A model generated the notes under the pieces. The model was given only the letters and a program-made list of their open reading frames with translations. It was not told the origin of the DNA and ran no database searches. From Macrostomum lignano (lineage: Eukaryota), in assembly GCA_002269645.1 (NCBI GenBank), contig NIVC01003694.1, positions 1 to 64,000 of the forward strand: a stretch of DNA of 64,000 nucleotides, written 5' to 3'. Of this stretch, positions 17,261 to 37,549 are shown piece by piece. The first letter of the stretch is position 1. Each line of letters begins with the position of its first letter. A program made the translations under genes and the position numbers.

Positions 17261-17699
17261 GCGAATATGAACGAATTTGATCTCAATTCGATAGCCCTAG
17301 CCATCTCTCAATTCGAAAGAGGTGAAGTGATGAGGAAATCAGTCGATTTTCTTCATTTTGTTCCATCATAAATCATTTCGTCAATTGATTACAGTCTGCA
17401 CAAGCAGATGTAGGCAAATTGATTTAACCTAAATTCCATATCGCATCTCTCACGGGATTCTGATTGAGGATTCAACCGAACGAAGGATTCCAGAAGTGCT
17501 TCGAGTGACCATGCAGCTGTAGCAGCTATGAGTGCATGGACACTTTACCTGCACCGTACTTGACTGCTTTGGAAATATTGCTCTGTCAATATTATATGTA
17601 TGTGCATGGTTACTGGGATCTGGTGCATTGCACTGCATGCGGCTGGTACCAATGTCTACAGCTGACTGTCTGTAGATGTCTTCTGATCCAGTCTGAAAA

Positions 17700-18185
17700 C
17701 CATCTAAAGATTCAATCTAGTAGACATCTACAGATTCAATCTACTAGACATCTATAGGTTCAACCTACTAAACACTCAGATTCAAGCTGCTGAATGTCTA
17801 TAGATTTAGTCAATTCTTTATAGTAGGCATCTATAGCTTCAATCTACTAGACATCTATAGATTCAATCTACTAGACATGTACAGATTCAACCTACTAAAC
17901 ACTCAGATTCAAGCTGCTTGAATGTCTATAGATTTAGTCAATTCTTTATAGTAGGCATCTATAGCTTCAATCTACTAGACATCTATAGATTCAATCTACT
18001 AAACACCGATAGATTTAAGCTGCTCAATGTCTATAGATTCTATCATTCTTTTATAGTAGGCATCTATTGATTCAATCTACTAGACATCTAAAGATTCTAT
18101 CTACTAAACACCGATAGATTTAAGCTGCTCAATGTCTATAGATTCCATCAATCTTTTATAGTAGACATCTATAGATTCCAGCTAC
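17700..18185. repeat. Complex tandem repeat (ATCTACTAGACATCTATAGATTCA subunits in ~105-127-bp blocks)
   Basis: CTACTAAACAC recurs at ~17765, 17892, 17997 and 18101. Confidence 0.85.
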
Positions 18186-18475
18186 TAGTAACTCCTATAT
18201 TGTTTTACAGGAAAAACGCATTGGCACTACTTGTAGTGCGCATATGAATACAAAATTGTATCGGCTGCAGACCACCGGCTCACTGCTCTGTGCATGGTTG
18301 GTCACAGCCCAACGCAGCCAATCGGAAACTTTAGCAGCCAAGACCCCCCCCCAAAAAAAAGACCCAAAGTATTCCCAAAACCCTGCACAAAAACCTGTCT
18401 GCAAATTCTCCAAAGCAACAGACTTCAGCAGTTTATCTGAATTCGAATAGAGAAAATTAACAAAGAAGACTAATT

Positions 18476-25435
<6,960 letters not shown>

Positions 25436-25816
25436 CTTAGTATTCGAATAGTATCTGTCCCCGACAGACTGTGTGTGGCAGGCCATTTTCCCGAGTAGTT
25501 AATTACCAGCAAATAAAGATGAACCGTGTACCCTAATATTTTATTTGTAATATACTTGCAATGCTGTTGTATTTTTGCTTTGATATCAATATAGCTGGCG
25601 CACTTATTGCTGCTATAATAGTTTTACAACATTTACATAAAAGTTTTGCTGTGGCATATTTCTGCTTTTATGGCTTGTTGACTGCAGTATAAACCACAGA
25701 ATATTCTGTGGTATAAACGAAGGTTTGCTGCACAAGTCTTTTGCCTAACTAATTAAGTTTTATAATGCCGTTTGGGGTCTGTTAACTAGAGCATGGTCAA
25801 TCAGTCGGTGATCATA

Positions 25817-26700
25817 TACTCGGTTGGGGAGAAACTTCCCGCGGTTTCTAGAAACTTTCTGTCTAAGAACTTTCTGGAACATTCCAGAGCCCGGCTGTGT
25901 GGGTATATATTGAGGGTGGGTGTGTGTGATTCTAACATGCTATTTAAACCAGAGGTTACTCACTAGTCACCAGCATTATGGATCTCTCTCGGGCCTATAT
26001 TCGTGGTCTCCTGCTCTACGACTTCAAATCTGGACTGTCAGCCGCAGAATCCAGCCACTGCATCAACGCTGCATTTTGTGCGGGTGCCGTGTCTGAACAC
26101 ACCGCCCAGGACTGGTTTGCGCGGTTTCGCCAGGGAAATTTTAACCTCGAAGATTTGCCCCGGTCAGGTCGTCCCTCCGAGGTTGATGACGACCGGCTGC
26201 ACACACTCGTAGAGGCTGACCCTCGGCAAACCACGCGTGAGTTAGCGCAAGTCCTTGATGTAGACCATAAAACGGTCACCAGTCATTTGCATCAGCTGGG
26301 CAAGGTGTACAAGCTGGCACAATGGGTACCCCACCAATTGTCAGATTGGGACAAGGAGCGCAGGGCAGAGGTGGCCACTTCTCTCCTCTCCTACAGGCGC
26401 ACGCACAACTGGCTGAAGTCCATCGTTACGGGCGATGAAAAGTGGTGCCTGTACGTCAACATCAAACTTTGAAGATTATGGGTTGATGTTGACGCGACGC
26501 CTGAGCTGCAGCCAAAGGCCGGACTCCACCCACGCAAGGTCATGCTGTGCGTGTGGTGGGACTGCAAGGGCGTCATCTACTACGAACTGCTGCCACCCAA
26601 CACATCGATTATGGCCAACCTATACTGCCAACAGCTGGACCGATTGGCCGCCGCCATCGCACAGAAGCGTCCGAACCACGGCCCGGTACGATTCATACGA
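25817..26700 (+). mobile_element. Mariner transposon, 3'-truncated, inactive transposase
   Basis: TA at 25815-16 then ITR-like TACTCGGTTGGGGAGAAACTTCCCGCGGTTT. ORF from ATG 25978 with HTH region, WVPHQL, IVTGDEKW, in-frame TGA at 26470-72, then LHPRKVMLCVWWDCKGVIYYELL and YCQQLDRL. Homology stops just before HDNARPH; no right ITR seen. Confidence 0.92.
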
Positions 26701-26754
26701 CTCACTAGTTGGTAATACTGATGACTGTTGGTTATAATCCAGTTCCCTCTTTGA

Positions 26755-27230
26755 TAATCTAGTTCACTCTATCACCATCTAGTTCACTCTGTGACCATCT
26801 AGTTCACTATATGACCATCTAGTTTAGTCTGTGATCAGCTAGTTCACTCTATCATCATCTAGTTCACTCTGTAACCATCCAGTTCGCTCTGTGACCATCT
26901 AGTTCACTCTGTGACCATCTAGTTAAGTCTGTGATAATCTAGTTGACTCTGTGATCATTTACTTCACTCTATGACCATCTAGTTCACTCTGTGATCATCT
27001 AGTCCACTCTATGACCATCTAGTTCACTCTGTGATCATTTACTTCACTCTATGACCATCTAGTTCACTCTGTGATCATCTAGTCCACTCTATGACCATCT
27101 AGTTCACTCTGTGATCATCTAGTCCACTCTATGACCATCTAGTTCACTCTGTGATCATCTATTCCACTCTATGACCATCTAGTTCACTCTGTGGTCATCT
27201 AATTCTCTTTATGATTATCTAGTTCACTGG
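26755..27230. repeat. 21-bp minisatellite GACCATCTAGTTCACTCT(A/G)T
   Basis: Tandem units read directly. Confidence 0.95.
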
Positions 27231-27723
27231 ATCGTCCCTTAGCTTTGTAATTTTATAGATCTGTTTTGTCATAGTCAGGATACCATAGTTACCCTACGCA
27301 ACCATATTTTGCGTCAAAGAACAGTTCAGTGCATGGATCAAGTTCCCAATGATCGGTGAAAATATGCATGCAACTCGCATCATAGCATCATCATATTTGG
27401 TTCACTTCAGTTCGACCGAACCTGGAACTCAAGCAGCTCGTATTGAATAAGCAAAAGCGGGGGAACAGAAGAGGGCGATGACGCACAACTGTCAATCATA
27501 AATATCTTTCTCGCTGGCTCATTTAGCAAATCAATGCCTCCGTTCGCTGCTCGAAACCGGTCTGAAAGTTGAGCTCGAAATTGAGCGACTGGGATTTCTG
27601 ACTCGCAGAAAATGCGATTTCTACAGAATTTCGTATTCAAGTCTACTCTGTAATGACAGCTCGAATACGTTAGACAGGAAAGTGTTAGACAGTACATGTA
27701 CTAGGAAGTTGTTAGACTCCTAA

Positions 27724-27822
27724 GATGGTGTTTCAGCCTAACGGTCAGAGCGTCGGACGCCCGAATGAAAGGTCGGGGTTCGATTCCCCATTCCATTCGA
27801 AACAATATGTGTCCTTGAGCAA
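27724..27822 (+). mobile_element. 3'-truncated copy of the same tRNA-derived SINE
   Basis: TCAGCCTAACGGTCAGAGCGTCGGAC...GAAAGGTCGGGGTTCGATTCCC...TCGAAACAATATGTGTCCTTGAGCAA is colinear with 60259-60356. Confidence 0.75.
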
Positions 27823-27824
27823 AA

Positions 27825-29330
27825 AGTGTTAGGAAGGTGTTAGACAGTATTAGGAAGGTGTTAGACAGTATTAGGAAGGTGTTAGACAGTATAGGAAGGA
27901 GTTAGACAGTATTTGGAAGGTGTTAGACAGTATTAGGAAGGTGTTAGACAGTATAGGAAGGAGTTAGACAGTATTTGGAAGGTGTTAGACAGTATTTGGA
28001 AGATGTTAGACAGTATTAGGAAGGTGTTAGACAGTATAGGGAGTTAGACAGTATTTGGAAGGTGTTAGACAGTATTAGGAAGGTGTTAGACAGTATTAGG
28101 AAGGTGTTAGACAGTATTAGGAAGGTGTTAGACAGTATAGGAAGGAGTTAGACAGTATTTGGAAGGTGTTAGACAGTATTAGGAAGGCGTTAGACAGTAT
28201 AGGAAGGAGTTAGACAGTATTTGGAAGGTGTTAGACAGTATTTGGAAGGTGTTAGACAGTATTAGGAAGGTGTTAGACAGTATAGGGAGTTAGACAGTAT
28301 TTGGAAGGTGTTAGACAGTATTAGGAAGGTGTTAGACAGTATAGGGAGTTAGACAGTATTTGGAAGGTGTTAGACAGTATTTGGAAGGTGTTAGACAGTA
28401 TTAGGAAGGTGTTAGACAGTATAGGGTGTTAGAAAGTATTTGGAAGGTGTTAGACAGTATTAGGAAGGTGTTAGACAGTATAGGGTGTTAGACAGTATTT
28501 GGAAGGTGTTAGACAGTATTAGGAAGGTGTTAGACAGTATTAGGAAGGTGTTAGACAGTATTTGGAAGGTGTTAGACAGTATTAGGAAGGTGTTAGACAG
28601 TATAGGGTGTTAGACAGTATTTGGAAGGTGTTAGACAGTATTAGGAAGGTGTTAGACAGTATTAGGAAGGTGTTAGACAGTATTAGGAAGGTGTTAGACA
28701 GTATTAGGAAGGTGTCAGACAGTATTTGGAAGGTGTTAGACAGTATTAGGAAGGTGTTAGACAGTATAGGGAGTTAGACAGTATTTGGAAGGTGTTAGAC
28801 AGTATTAGGAAGGTGTTAGACAGTATAGGGAGTTAGACAGTATTTGGAAGGTGTTAGACAGTATTTGGAAGGTGTTAGACAGTATTAGGAAGGTGTTAGA
28901 CAGTATAGGGTGTTAGAAAGTATTTGGAAGGTGTTAGACAGTATTAGGAAGGTGTTAGACAGTATAGGGTGTTAGACAGTATTTGGAAGGTGTTAGACAG
29001 TATTAGGAAGGTGTTAGACAGTATTAGGAAGGTGTTAGACAGTATTTGGAAGGTGTTAGACAGTATTAGGAAGGTGTTAGACAGTATAGGGTGTTAGACA
29101 GTATTTGGAAGGTGTTAGACAGTATTAGGAAGGTGTTAGACAGTATTAGGAAGGTGTTAGACAGTATTAGGAAGGTGTTAGACAGTATTAGGAAGGTGTC
29201 AGACAGTATTTGGAAGGTGTTAGACAGTATTAGGAAAGTGTTAGACTATATTAGGAAGTGTTAGACAGTATTAAGGTGTTAGATAGTATTAGAAGTGTTA
29301 TACACTTTTTGGAAGGCGTTAGACATTATT
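27825..29330. repeat. ~21-bp minisatellite GTTAGACAGTATTAGGAAGGT
   Basis: Tandem units; same family as 23265-23945. Confidence 0.96.
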
Positions 29331-29779
29331 AGAAGAGTTTTAGTCAGTACACGAAGGTAAGAAAAATGTAATCATTAGAGCCAAGGGACTGCAACAGCAC
29401 TTTTCCATAAATATGATACATAGAAAATTAAAGTGGCACTCTGGCGTACGTGAGTGAAATTACTTTTATTTCGGATTTGGGCTGTATACTTTATATTGGA
29501 TTGCAAGACAAATAAATACGATCGATCGCGTCTAATCCATTAACGCATTCAGATTATCAACCTCATATTGCTAAAGTTGCGGTACGTTTACGACTTCTGC
29601 AAGAAAGATTTGCTGGTTGCCTCTGTTCTTGTCTATAGTCCGAGTGTGACCATTATCACACTTATGATTCGTAAGCACTCATTTGCGCGTGTCGGCGGTG
29701 CCAGCTGTCGGCCTCAAAATGTATACAGCTCTATTCTGTACAACTCCTGACTGTCTTCTGGGCTGGACTGGGTTGTTCT

Positions 29780-30240
29780 TCGTCTCCCCTCTCATTTCCT
29801 CTCCCCTCTCTACTCTCTACTCTTCCCCTCTCCCCCTCTCTCCTCTCCTTTCCCCTCTACTCTCCCCCTCTCTCCTCTCTACTCTTTCCTCTCCCCCTCT
29901 CTTCTCTCCTTTCCCCTCTACTCTCCCACTGTCTCCTCTCTACTTTTCCCCTCTCCTTTCCCCTCTACTCTCCCCCTCTCTCCTCTCTACTCTCCTTTCC
30001 CCTCTACTCTACCCCTCTACTCTTCCCCTCTCTTCTCTCCTCTCCCCCTCTCTCTCCTCATCTCTCCCTTTTCCCCTCTCTCAAGTCTCCTCTCTTGATC
30101 TCTGTCCTCCATTCTCCTCCCTTGTCTCCTTTTTTCTAATTCATTTCACTTCTTCTATCTATTCCCGCCCTCCTTTCTCGCTACTCTCCTCTATTCTATT
30201 TTTCTCATCATCCCCTCTCGCCCGCTCTCATCTCTCTAAC
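29780..30240. repeat. CT-rich polypyrimidine tract (a GA-rich tract follows at 30670-30800)
   Basis: Read directly. Confidence 0.9.
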
Positions 30241-31324
30241 GGTAAGCAGCAGTGCGCAGCGAGAATCCGCAGTCAGTCATAAAAGTTACAGCCGCAGCAG
30301 AAACAGCTGGTTCCAGTTTTGGACTTCTTTTTGTGATTTTTTCCTTCTGTGGCCGGCTTTTTCCTGCCGTAGAGGCAATAGAGAAAAAAATAGAAATCCA
30401 ACCCGGTCCATATTTCTGTCGCTTTCATTAATTTTGTCTTTTTTCTTCAATCGGCCCATTTGGATACGAGAATCGCTGGGCTGTTTCTGTGACGTGTTCT
30501 ACGAGTAGTTTGCGCTGAGAGCGAACGGTCTAAGATTTCCAAAAGAATGCCCATGGCATAGCAACTGTGCCAGACACCTGCACTTGCTGAATACTGGCGT
30601 ACTCGTATAAGCAGAGGTGGACCGTAAAAATGTACGAGTATTATAGAATCCCAGCGATTATTCAACACTGAGTTTAGGGGAGAGGAAGAGAAAAGTGGAG
30701 TGAGGGGGAGAAGAGGGAGAGATAGGAGAAGGGAGAAAAGTGGGGGGGGAGAAGGGAGCAGGGTAGTGAGAGGGAGAGGGGAGAGGAGATAAGGGAAGGA
30801 GTCATGAGACTCTATAGTAGTCGTCTCTACTAGTCGTCTCTAGTAGGAGTCTCTATAGTAGTCGTAGTGGACCATATCGTAGGTTTGGTAGTTTTCAAAT
30901 ATTTAGGTTTTGAACGCAGTTCGTCCCCTTGCCATCCGTCTATCTTGGTTTAGGTAGCAATATAGCTCGTATTTGTGTATAACTATTGCCAATCCTCTTT
31001 GCTTACTTGGCAGGCAAAGTTCAAGTGGTTGCACGAAATGCCTTTCCATCCTTTCATTGGCACCGATTTGTCAATGCCGATCTGGCGCGGTGGACACTGG
31101 CTGCCTGCGCTGGTCATTTATCAGTGCCGCTGTAGCAAAAAAGTGCTTTTTTTGAAAAATTGAAACAAACAATAGTTCCCCGTCTAACCGAAGTTGAAGG
31201 TAAAACTCGAACACGATACATTCGCGTTGTCCGATTATTGATGCGTTTCCAGGAAACACACATTACTGGCATGATGGCACAGTATGTCATCGTAGCTATG
31301 GATTTATCCCTTTAACAGAGGACC

Positions 31325-31523
31325 CAACTAACTAAGTAACTAACTGACTAACTAAATGACTAACTAACTAACTAGCCAACTAACTATCTAACTAACTAAC
31401 TAACTAACTACCTAACTGACTAACTAACTAACTAACTAACTAACTATCTAACTAACTAACTAACTATCTAACTAACTAACTAACTAACTAACTAACTGAC
31501 TAACTAGCTAACTAACTATCTAA
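31325..31523. repeat. (TAAC)n microsatellite
   Basis: Read directly. Confidence 0.95.
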
Positions 31524-31894
31524 CGCACAGATGATAGTGAGGAAAGGACATCCAGGGAACGGAAAGAGAGCTGTTAACAGAAGAGGAAATTAGATGGAAG
31601 AAAGATGGTAGTGTGAATTTCGAAGCGAGCAAGTCAACTGAGAAATAATAATTTAATCGTATCTCCGGAAATAAGATTCCCTTCGAGAAAATTTGCAAGG
31701 GTCACTATTCAAGGCCGTATGTAATTATCAATCCAAGTTGATGCAGGCTCCTTCTAGGAAAGCAAAACAAAAAGCTCCCAATCATTTGCATCTCGGTGAT
31801 TACCAACTCTGTTTGACTGTGAATCCACTCTGTCTGTGAACTAAACTGCCAATTCTGTCTGTGAACTAAACTGCCAATTCTGTCTGTGAATCGA

Positions 31895-33662
31895 TCGACA
31901 CTGTGAATCAATCTAAACTATTAATCAATCTACACTGTAAATCAATCTAAACTATGAATCAATCTACACTGTGAATCAATCTAGACTGTGATTCAATCGA
32001 GACTGTGAATCAATCTACACTGTGAATCAATCTAGACTGTGATTCAATCGAGACTGTGAATCAATCTACACTGTGAATCAATCTAAACTGTGAATCAATC
32101 TAGACTGTGAATCAATCTAAACTGTGAATCAATCTCGAGACTGTGAATCAATCTAGACTGTGAATCAATCTACACAGTGAATCAATCCCGAGACTGTGAA
32201 TCAATCTACACTGTGAATCAATCTGTAGACACTGTGAATCAATCTACACTGTGAATCAATCTAGACTGTGAATCAATCTAAACTGTGAATCAATCTAGAC
32301 AGTGAATCAATCTATACAGTGAATCAATCTCGAGACTGTGAATCAATCTAGACTGTGAATCAATCTAAACTGTGAATCAATCTCGAGACTGTGAATCAAT
32401 CTAGACTGTGAATCAATCTAGACTATGAATCAATCTACACAGTGAATCAATCCCGAGACTGTGAATCAATCTACACTGTGAATCAATCTGTAGACACTGT
32501 GAATCAATCTACACTGTGAATCAATCTAGACTGTGAATCAATCTAAACTGTGAATCAATCTAGACAGTGAATCAATCTATACAGTGAATCAATCTCGAGA
32601 CTGTGAATCAATCTAGACTGTGAATCAATCTACACTATGAATCAATCTAGACCGTGAATCAATCTAGACTGTGAATCAATCTACACTGTGAATCAATCTA
32701 GACTGTGAATCAATCTAAACTGTGATTCAATCTAGACTGTGAATCAATCTACACTGTGAATCAATCTAGACTGTGAATCAATCTAAACTGTGAATCAATC
32801 TAAACTGTGAATCAATCTAGACTGTGAATCAATCTAAACTGTGAATCAATCTAGACTGCGAATCAATCTAGACTGTGAATCAATCTAGACTGTGAATCAA
32901 TCTAGACAGTGAATCAATCTAGACTGTGAATCAATCTACACTGTGAATCAATCTAGACTGTGAATCGATCTAAACTGTGAATCAATCTAGACTGTAAATC
33001 AATCTAGACTGAATCAATCTAAACTGTGAATCAATCTAGACTGTGAATCAATCTAGACTGAATCAATCTAAACTGAGAATCAATCTAGACTATGAATCAA
33101 TCTCGAGACTGTGAATCAATCTAGACTGTGAATCAATCTAGACTGAATCAATCTAAACTGAGAATCAATCTAGACTATGAATCAATCTCGAGACTGTGAA
33201 TCAATCTAGACTGTGAATCAATCTAGACTGTGAATTAATCTACAATGTGAATCAATCTACACTGTGAATCAATCTACACTGTGAATCAATCTACACTGTG
33301 AATCAATCTAGACTGTGAATCAATCTACAATGTGAATCAATCTACACTGTGAATCAATCTAGACTGAATCAATCTAGACTGTGAATCAATCTAGACCGTG
33401 AATAAATCTAGACTGTGAATCAATCAAGACTGTGAATCAATCTAGACTGTGAATCAATCTACACTGCGAATCAATCTAGACTGCGAATCAATCTAGACTG
33501 TGAATCAATCTAGACTGCTAATCAATCTAGACTGTGAATCAATCTAGACTGCTAATCAATCTAGACTGTGAATCAATCTAGACTGCTAATCAATCTAGAC
33601 TGTGAATCAATCTAGACTGCTAATCAATCTAGACTGTGAATCAATCTAGACTGCTAATCAAT
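31895..33662. repeat. 17-bp minisatellite TCTAGACTGTGAATCAA
   Basis: Tandem units read directly. Confidence 0.97.
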
Positions 33663-34569
33663 CGCCAAGTCTGTTTGTAAAATCAGTCCCTAAGTCTTTC
33701 TTGACACAGATAATTAGCAAGCATGTTAGCTTACATGTAATTTAAGTTGAAAGCTAGAAAACTTCATACAATAGGTTACTAATTAGCTAAACCTGAAGCT
33801 ACGGTGCTTATGATTAGCAGATAAAAGGGAGGCACAAAAGAATGCAAGCGCGTGATTAACCATCGCATCGACTAATTAATGATGGCATAAGCGTAGGGCA
33901 AAAGCGAATGCTCCGGATTAACATAGTTTACTTGTACTTCACGTTACCTACGCAAATACTTTGATGATTTTTTCTAGTCTTAGCGCATCAAGGTATTAAT
34001 GCAGAAATACAGATAAATGAGACGTGATCAGACACTCAAGGGGATTACTGAGACTGGCGGATTAAAGATTGAGACAAAATCGTATGTAAGCGTTAATTTG
34101 TGAGCTTATGCTCAAATATTTAAGATTACATAGAAGATTAACAGATAACACTTACTGGCACAATGTCAGTTCAAATAGAATAATTAATGTATAGCATTTT
34201 TCATCTTGTTTAAGAATCGGAGAATTTAATTTAAGACACGGCCAACCATACTCAACCCATCGATCTTATATATACATAAATGCTATAGTGTGGGAATCGG
34301 AACTATATTAAACCTATGTCCTCAATCACGGGGGATAAAGGGGCAGGTGCTCAAAAAGATGCCTACAACTAATTAAATTCGAACCGACTAGCAGCAAAGC
34401 TCAGCTGACTGATACGGGTGCCAACTTCTGAGGCCTCCTAAAATTCGCATACACAAATTTATCCTATCTAAACAGATATTACAGGTAAATAAAAATACGG
34501 TTTCCATGAAGCGAAGCTTAGGGGAACCTGAGCCAGAAACAGGAAATAAAAGAAAACCTTATTGACCTA

Positions 34570-35230
34570 CTGGGGAATCCCAGTGGAATCTCTATGGTAT
34601 CTAAGGGGAATCCCGGTGGCATCTAAGGGGAATCCCGGTAGTTTCCAAGGGGAATCTCGATGGTATCTAAGGGGAATCCCGGTGGCAGCTAAGGGGAATC
34701 CCGGTAGTTTCCAAGGGGAATCTCGATGGTATCTAAGGGGAATCCCGGTGGCATCTAAGGGTAATCCCAGTGGTATCTAAGGGGAATCCCGGTAGTTTCA
34801 AAGAAAAATCCCAGTGGTATCTAAGGGGAATCCCGGTAGTTTCAAAGAAAATTCCCTGTGGTATCTAAGGGGAATCCCGGTAGTTTCAAAGAAAAATCCC
34901 AGTGGTATCTAAGGGGAATCCCGGTAGTTTCAAAGAAAAATCCCAGTGGTATCTAAGGGGAATCCCGGTAGTTTCAAAGAAAATTCCCTGTGGTATCTAA
35001 GGGGAATCCCGGTAGTTTCAAAGAAAAATCCCAGTGGTATCTAAGGGGAATCCCGGTAGTTTCAAAGAAAATTCCCTGTGGTATCTAAGGGGAATCCCGG
35101 TAGTTTCAAAGAAAAATCCCAGTGGTATCTAAGGGGAATCCCGGTAGTTTCAAAGAAAAATCCCAGTGGTATCTAAGGGGAATCCCGGTAGTTTCAAATA
35201 AAAATCCCAGTGGTATCTAAGGGGAACCCC
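34570..35230. repeat. GGGGAATCCC-core minisatellite (~45-bp unit GGTATCTAAGGGGAATCCCGGTAGTTTCAAAGAAAAATCCCAGT)
   Basis: Tandem units read directly. Confidence 0.95.
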
Positions 35231-35754
35231 TGGACCACAGCAGCTCGCCGGTAAGTGCATCCGACTTTCGCACCATGTGCGACCCGCATTCATTTGAGGC
35301 TTGTGCACGAAAATTTGCCGGTAGGTAGTCTAGCGATTTACACTCAGGAGCACCAAAGTCACAGATAGTGTACATACCGGACTATTAGAAAGTCAGGGCC
35401 GCTGTACACCCTCGTGTGAGCGTGTGTAAGAGTGCGTAACTGCGCATAGTATTGGCGCGCTTGCATGTGCTCAGGAAAGCTCAATTTTATTTCTGTAGGT
35501 CCAAGAATCGCTGCGTAGACATCTTTTTTAACTGCAGAAGAGGCCGCAGTAGCCTTTGATGAGGCAGTGTAGGGGTATTTGCTCCTGAGTGGCGCAGCTG
35601 CTTGGATGCTTGGTTTGAGAGAATAAGGCGCTGCATAGAGGCTGTTGGAGAGCACTATGAGAAGCTCTCAAAATTTTATCTTCACAGCTGCTTCTGCTCG
35701 AGGGAGGCTAAAACTTTCATTTGAAGGAGATTTCCCGTAATAATACCGCCAGAA

Positions 35755-36145
35755 ATCCCGACCGAATCTAAGGGGAATCCCATTCGTATCTAAGGGGAAT
35801 CCCGATCGTATCTAAGGGGAATCTCGATCGTGTGAGGGGATTAAAAAATCGAATCTAAGGGGAATCTCATTCGTATCTGAGGGAATCCCGGCCGTATCTA
35901 AGGGAAATCCCGGTTGTATCTGAAGGGGATTCCAGCCGTATCTAAGGGAAATCCCGGTCGTATCCGAAGGGGATTCCAGCCGTATCTAAGGGAAATCCCG
36001 ATCGTATCTAGGGGAATCTCGATCGTATCTAAGGGGACTCTTGATCGTATCTGAGGGGATTCCAACCGTATCTAAGGGAAATCCCGGTCGTATCTGAGGG
36101 GATTCCAGCCGTATCTAAGGTGAATCCCGATCGTATCCGAGGGGA
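35755..36145. repeat. GGGAATCCC-family minisatellite (CGTATCTAAGGGGAATCCCGAT-like)
   Basis: Tandem units read directly. Confidence 0.9.
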
Positions 36146-36769
36146 ATTGCAAGTCACATGCGAGAAGAATCATTATACTACGTACAGTGGTACATATTAA
36201 AGGACTCGCGAATATTTTTCACGATTCAAATTAGGATCTTAAAAGTTTTTTAATAAAATCAATAAGCAAAACAAGACAAGAGGATACAATTTTTACAAAT
36301 TGTGCCAATAAAAAGCTGCTCGATTCGCTTATCAAACTACTTGGGGAAACGCACACTGAAATATGGAATAATATTAATTTATTTGTAGGCAGTTATCATT
36401 CAATTGTTTTTAGACAGCTTGCTCGTAACACGGAACATTGAAATATTAAATTTAACTTTAAGCAAAAAAAGGAATTACGAGCTAATAAAAAGCCAAATAT
36501 AACAAACGTGTTTGCCCAAGTCGAAAAAGAAAAGAAGGCAACGGGATAGCTGTGTAAGGGAATATTGGTAACTTTCATTCCACTTGATAATTACGCGTAT
36601 TTGAATACAAGTAGGTTGCCACGGTTACACCGACATCTGTTCAATGAACATTTTTTATTGGACTGAAAATTCAATACAATTTCCGTTTCGTTAATATCTA
36701 GCTTCTAAAACTTAGGTAACAAATTCTAGGAACAAAAACCTTAATAGTTAATATCTATAAACCTTAATA

Positions 36770-36882
36770 TCTATCTATCTATCTATCATCTATCAATCTA
36801 TTTATATCTATTTATCTATCTTCTATCTATCTATCTGTTTATCAATCAATCAATAAATCAATCTATCTATCTATCTATCTAG
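36770..36882. repeat. (CTAT)n/(CAAT)n microsatellite
   Basis: Read directly. Confidence 0.9.
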
Positions 36883-37032
36883 AACCATAGAACAGTGTTC
36901 AATAAAAGACAGAAACAAACTTAAGAAAGACCCAAGAGGCTTCCTAGTATTATAAACGGACTTTGCAAAAACGAAGAACGCTTTTTTAAATAATTATTTA
37001 GTTACTGACGAACAGTTCGCAGCAAGCAAAGT

Positions 37033-37377
37033 TTAATTCATGGCGGCTTCCCCGACGCCGACCTGTTCCAGAGCTTCCTTGAGTACCTCAGCATCCTGAT
37101 CCAGGTCCCCAGCAGCCCTGTACTCAGCGACAAGACTGCGCAACTCTTCCAACGCTTTCGACAGTCGATTGCGCGTATCCGGCACCATTTGACGCGACTC
37201 TTCTAAGCATTCTTTCTGCTTTTTAATAACGTACTCGTCAGCTTTGCTAGCCTCCATATCCTGAACTTTTTTAGCTAACTGGTCCGCTTCTTTCTCGTAG
37301 CTGGCTTTCTCTTTGGAAATTCGTTTCACTACGCCTGTTTGCACTTTTAGTTTCTTCACTCTGGGATCGGCGGACAT
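37033..37377 (-). CDS. TBCA: Tubulin-specific chaperone A (tubulin folding cofactor A), single exon, 114 aa
   Basis: MSADPRVKKLKVQTGVVKRISKEKASYEKE..DEYVIKKQKECLEESRQMVPDTRNRL matches the TBCA family along its whole length; ATG and stop are intact. Confidence 0.92.
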   Translation of the reverse strand: MSADPRVKKLKVQTGVVKRISKEKASYEKEADQLAKKVQDMEASKADEYVIKKQKECLEESRQMVPDTRNRLSKALEELRSLVAEYRAAGDLDQDAEVLKEALEQVGVGEAAMN

Positions 37378-37549
37378 TCTTTAATTATTATAATTAATAA
37401 TATTAATATGACTGATAGACGATTAGCACATGCAATTGTGAGATCATTGAGAATAAATAAACTTAATGCGTCTATCTATTTTACTTTTTATCCTTATTAT
37501 TCTATAACAATCTAATTCTCAAACTTTTTACTTTTAACGTATTCATAAC

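Noticed and set aside
18244-18450. 68-aa uORF before the GPCR
   Set aside because: It depends on an unverified 5' exon structure and has no recognisable conservation.
25978-26737. Domesticated or SETMAR-like transposase, or stop-codon readthrough
   Set aside because: An ITR is still attached, there is an in-frame TGA, and two of three catalytic aspartates are missing; an ordinary dead copy is the simplest reading.
37033-37377. TBCA nested in a COG3 intron
   Set aside because: COG3 homology is complete by 38590, so TBCA most likely lies downstream.
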